64,000 nt of DNA from an uncultured candidate division Zixibacteria bacterium. Lineage in GTDB: Bacteria > Zixibacteria > MSB-5A5 > GN15 > FEB-12. The position numbers were made by a program, and so were the translations under genes. The stretch's first letter is position 1. Every line of letters starts with the position of its first letter. The notes under the pieces are model-generated. The model worked only from the letters and a program-made list of their open reading frames with translations. It searched no databases and was not told the origin of the DNA. Below are positions 62,362 through 64,000 of this stretch, one piece after another. The stretch spans positions 263,592 to 327,591 of the forward strand of contig CAVQCT010000002.1 of assembly GCA_963711085.1 (NCBI GenBank), read 5' to 3'.

Positions 62362-63858
62362 ATGGCAGAGAGAATCAATCAACAAGAAATCAACAATATC
62401 GTGTGGTCGGCGTGTGATACCTTTCGCGGGGCCATCGACCCGGCTCAGTACAAGGACTACATCCTGACCATGCTCTTCATCAAGTATGTCAGTGACTGGT
62501 GGAAAGATAAGCGGGATGAGTACGAGAAGAAGTACAAAGGAGTCGAGGAACGGGTCGATCGTGCTCTTAGTCGAGAAAGGTTCTTCGTCCCAAAGTCGTG
62601 TGATTTTGACTCGCTATACGAGAAGCGAAACGCGCCGAACCTCGGTGAGGAGATCGACAAGGCACTTGAGGCTATCGAAGATGCCAACAAGTCTAAGCTC
62701 GAAAACGTCTTTCGGAATATCAGTTTCAACAGCGAAGCCGCGTTGGGTGATACGAAAGAGCGCAATCGCCGGCTGAAGCAGCTTCTCGATGATTTCGGAG
62801 ACAAACGACTGGATCTGCGACCGAGTGTGATCGGCGATAATGATATCATTGGAGACGTTTATGAATACCTGATTGAGAAGTTCGCCGCCGGTGCTGGCAA
62901 AAAGGCCGGTGAATTCTACACACCCAAAGAAGTGTCAAGGTTGCTGGCGAAGCTCGTGGCACCGAAACCGGGGGCGAGAATACTCGATCCGGCATGCGGA
63001 TCGGGTTCCCTGCTGATCCGAGTGGCTAATGAGATAAGTAGTGACGATTACTCGTTGGCCGGTCAGGAAGTCAATGGGTCAACCTGGGCGTTGTGCAGAA
63101 TGAATATGTTCCTTCACAACAAAGACGGTGCTCGGATTGAATGGTGCAACACGCTGACATCACCGAAGCTGATAGAAGAAAATCGGCTGATGAAGTTCGA
63201 CATCGTGGTGGCCAATCCCCCGTTCTCTCTTGACAAGTGGGGATACGATCAGGCACAAGCAGATATCTACAACCGATTCCATCGCGGACTTCCACCCAAG
63301 AGCAAGGCTGACTATGCCTTCATCACGCACATGATCGAGTCGGCCGTTGAAGGTTCTGGTCGGGTGGGAGTGATAGTCCCACACGGAGTGCTGTTCAGAG
63401 GCGGTGCCGAGGGGCGTATTCGGCAGAAGTTAATCGATGAGAATTTGCTGGACGCGGTGATTGGATTACCCGCTCAGCTCTTCTACGGTACTGGAATCCC
63501 TACTGCCATCCTTGTTTTTGACAAAGGTCGAGGGAAAAAGACCGACGTGTTGTTTATCGACGCAAGCCGGGAATTTGAAGACGGGAAACGTCAGAATCAT
63601 CTTCGGGACGAGGATATCGACAAAATCGTGAAGTCTTATAGTATGTACGAAACGATTGAGAAATATTCCTATCGAGCGACAATCGATGAAATCAAGGAGG
63701 CCGAGTACAACTTGAATATACCACGCTACGTCGACACGTTCGAAACGGAAAGGGAGATCGATCTTGAAGGTGTCCTGCGTGAGATCAAGCAGCTTGAGGA
63801 TAGTTTGTCCAAGACACGCGGCGAGATGAATAAATACCTAAAGGAGCTCGGATTTTGA
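62362..63858 (+). CDS. hsdM: Type I R-M methyltransferase subunit
   Basis: GEFYTP, DPACGSG, ANPPF, PHGVLFRG, YNLNIPRYV. Confidence 0.97.
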   Translation: MAERINQQEINNIVWSACDTFRGAIDPAQYKDYILTMLFIKYVSDWWKDKRDEYEKKYKGVEERVDRALSRERFFVPKSCDFDSLYEKRNAPNLGEEIDKALEAIEDANKSKLENVFRNISFNSEAALGDTKERNRRLKQLLDDFGDKRLDLRPSVIGDNDIIGDVYEYLIEKFAAGAGKKAGEFYTPKEVSRLLAKLVAPKPGARILDPACGSGSLLIRVANEISSDDYSLAGQEVNGSTWALCRMNMFLHNKDGARIEWCNTLTSPKLIEENRLMKFDIVVANPPFSLDKWGYDQAQADIYNRFHRGLPPKSKADYAFITHMIESAVEGSGRVGVIVPHGVLFRGGAEGRIRQKLIDENLLDAVIGLPAQLFYGTGIPTAILVFDKGRGKKTDVLFIDASREFEDGKRQNHLRDEDIDKIVKSYSMYETIEKYSYRATIDEIKEAEYNLNIPRYVDTFETEREIDLEGVLREIKQLEDSLSKTRGEMNKYLKELGF

Positions 63859-64000
63859 TGGCAAGCATACAGAATAATCTTCCCCGTAAATACTCTCCGA
63901 TCAGTTCTGCCTTCGATACCGGGTTGCCGAGTGGGTGGCGGATCGTTTCGCTGAAAAAATTGATTCAAAGCGGTCGAAATATCCGTTACGGTATCGTGCA
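63858..64000 (+). CDS. hsdS: Type I R-M specificity subunit, N-terminus (truncated by window edge)
   Basis: TGATG overlap with hsdM; LPSGWRIVSLKKL...IRYGIV. Confidence 0.8.
   Translation, partial: MASIQNNLPRKYSPISSAFDTGLPSGWRIVSLKKLIQSGRNIRYGIV

Overview
Bacterial window. The dockerin-tailed secreted proteins suggest Zixibacteria or a related FCB lineage (inference). About 1-34 kb is GC-richer accessory/housekeeping DNA: a DUF3857 transglutaminase pair, DUF1772 genes, a spondin gene with a two-component system, an ECF sigma/anti-sigma pair, oxidoreductases, a SpoIIE-type phosphatase, and a secreted S74-chaperone fibre protein whose middle carries isolated short motifs resembling different contractile-injection-system proteins. 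Many genes here are split by 1-bp frameshifts, probably assembly errors. From about 34.4 kb the DNA is visibly more AT-rich and island-like. It holds REP-like repeats bounding three fragments of a uracil-DNA-glycosylase-like gene, an AbiE type IV TA pair, an orphan AbiEi behind two perfect palindromes (44 and 36 bp), dockerin-tagged M6 protease and CHAP genes, and an IS3 remnant. It then carries a specialised GrpE/lidless Hsp70/J-vWA/membrane-lectin operon, a SIR2 gene followed by a PNP-NTPase-HD fusion (candidate new anti-phage system), and the start of a type I R-M locus. No rRNA, tRNA or CRISPR array was seen. All family calls come from motif recognition by eye, not database searches.
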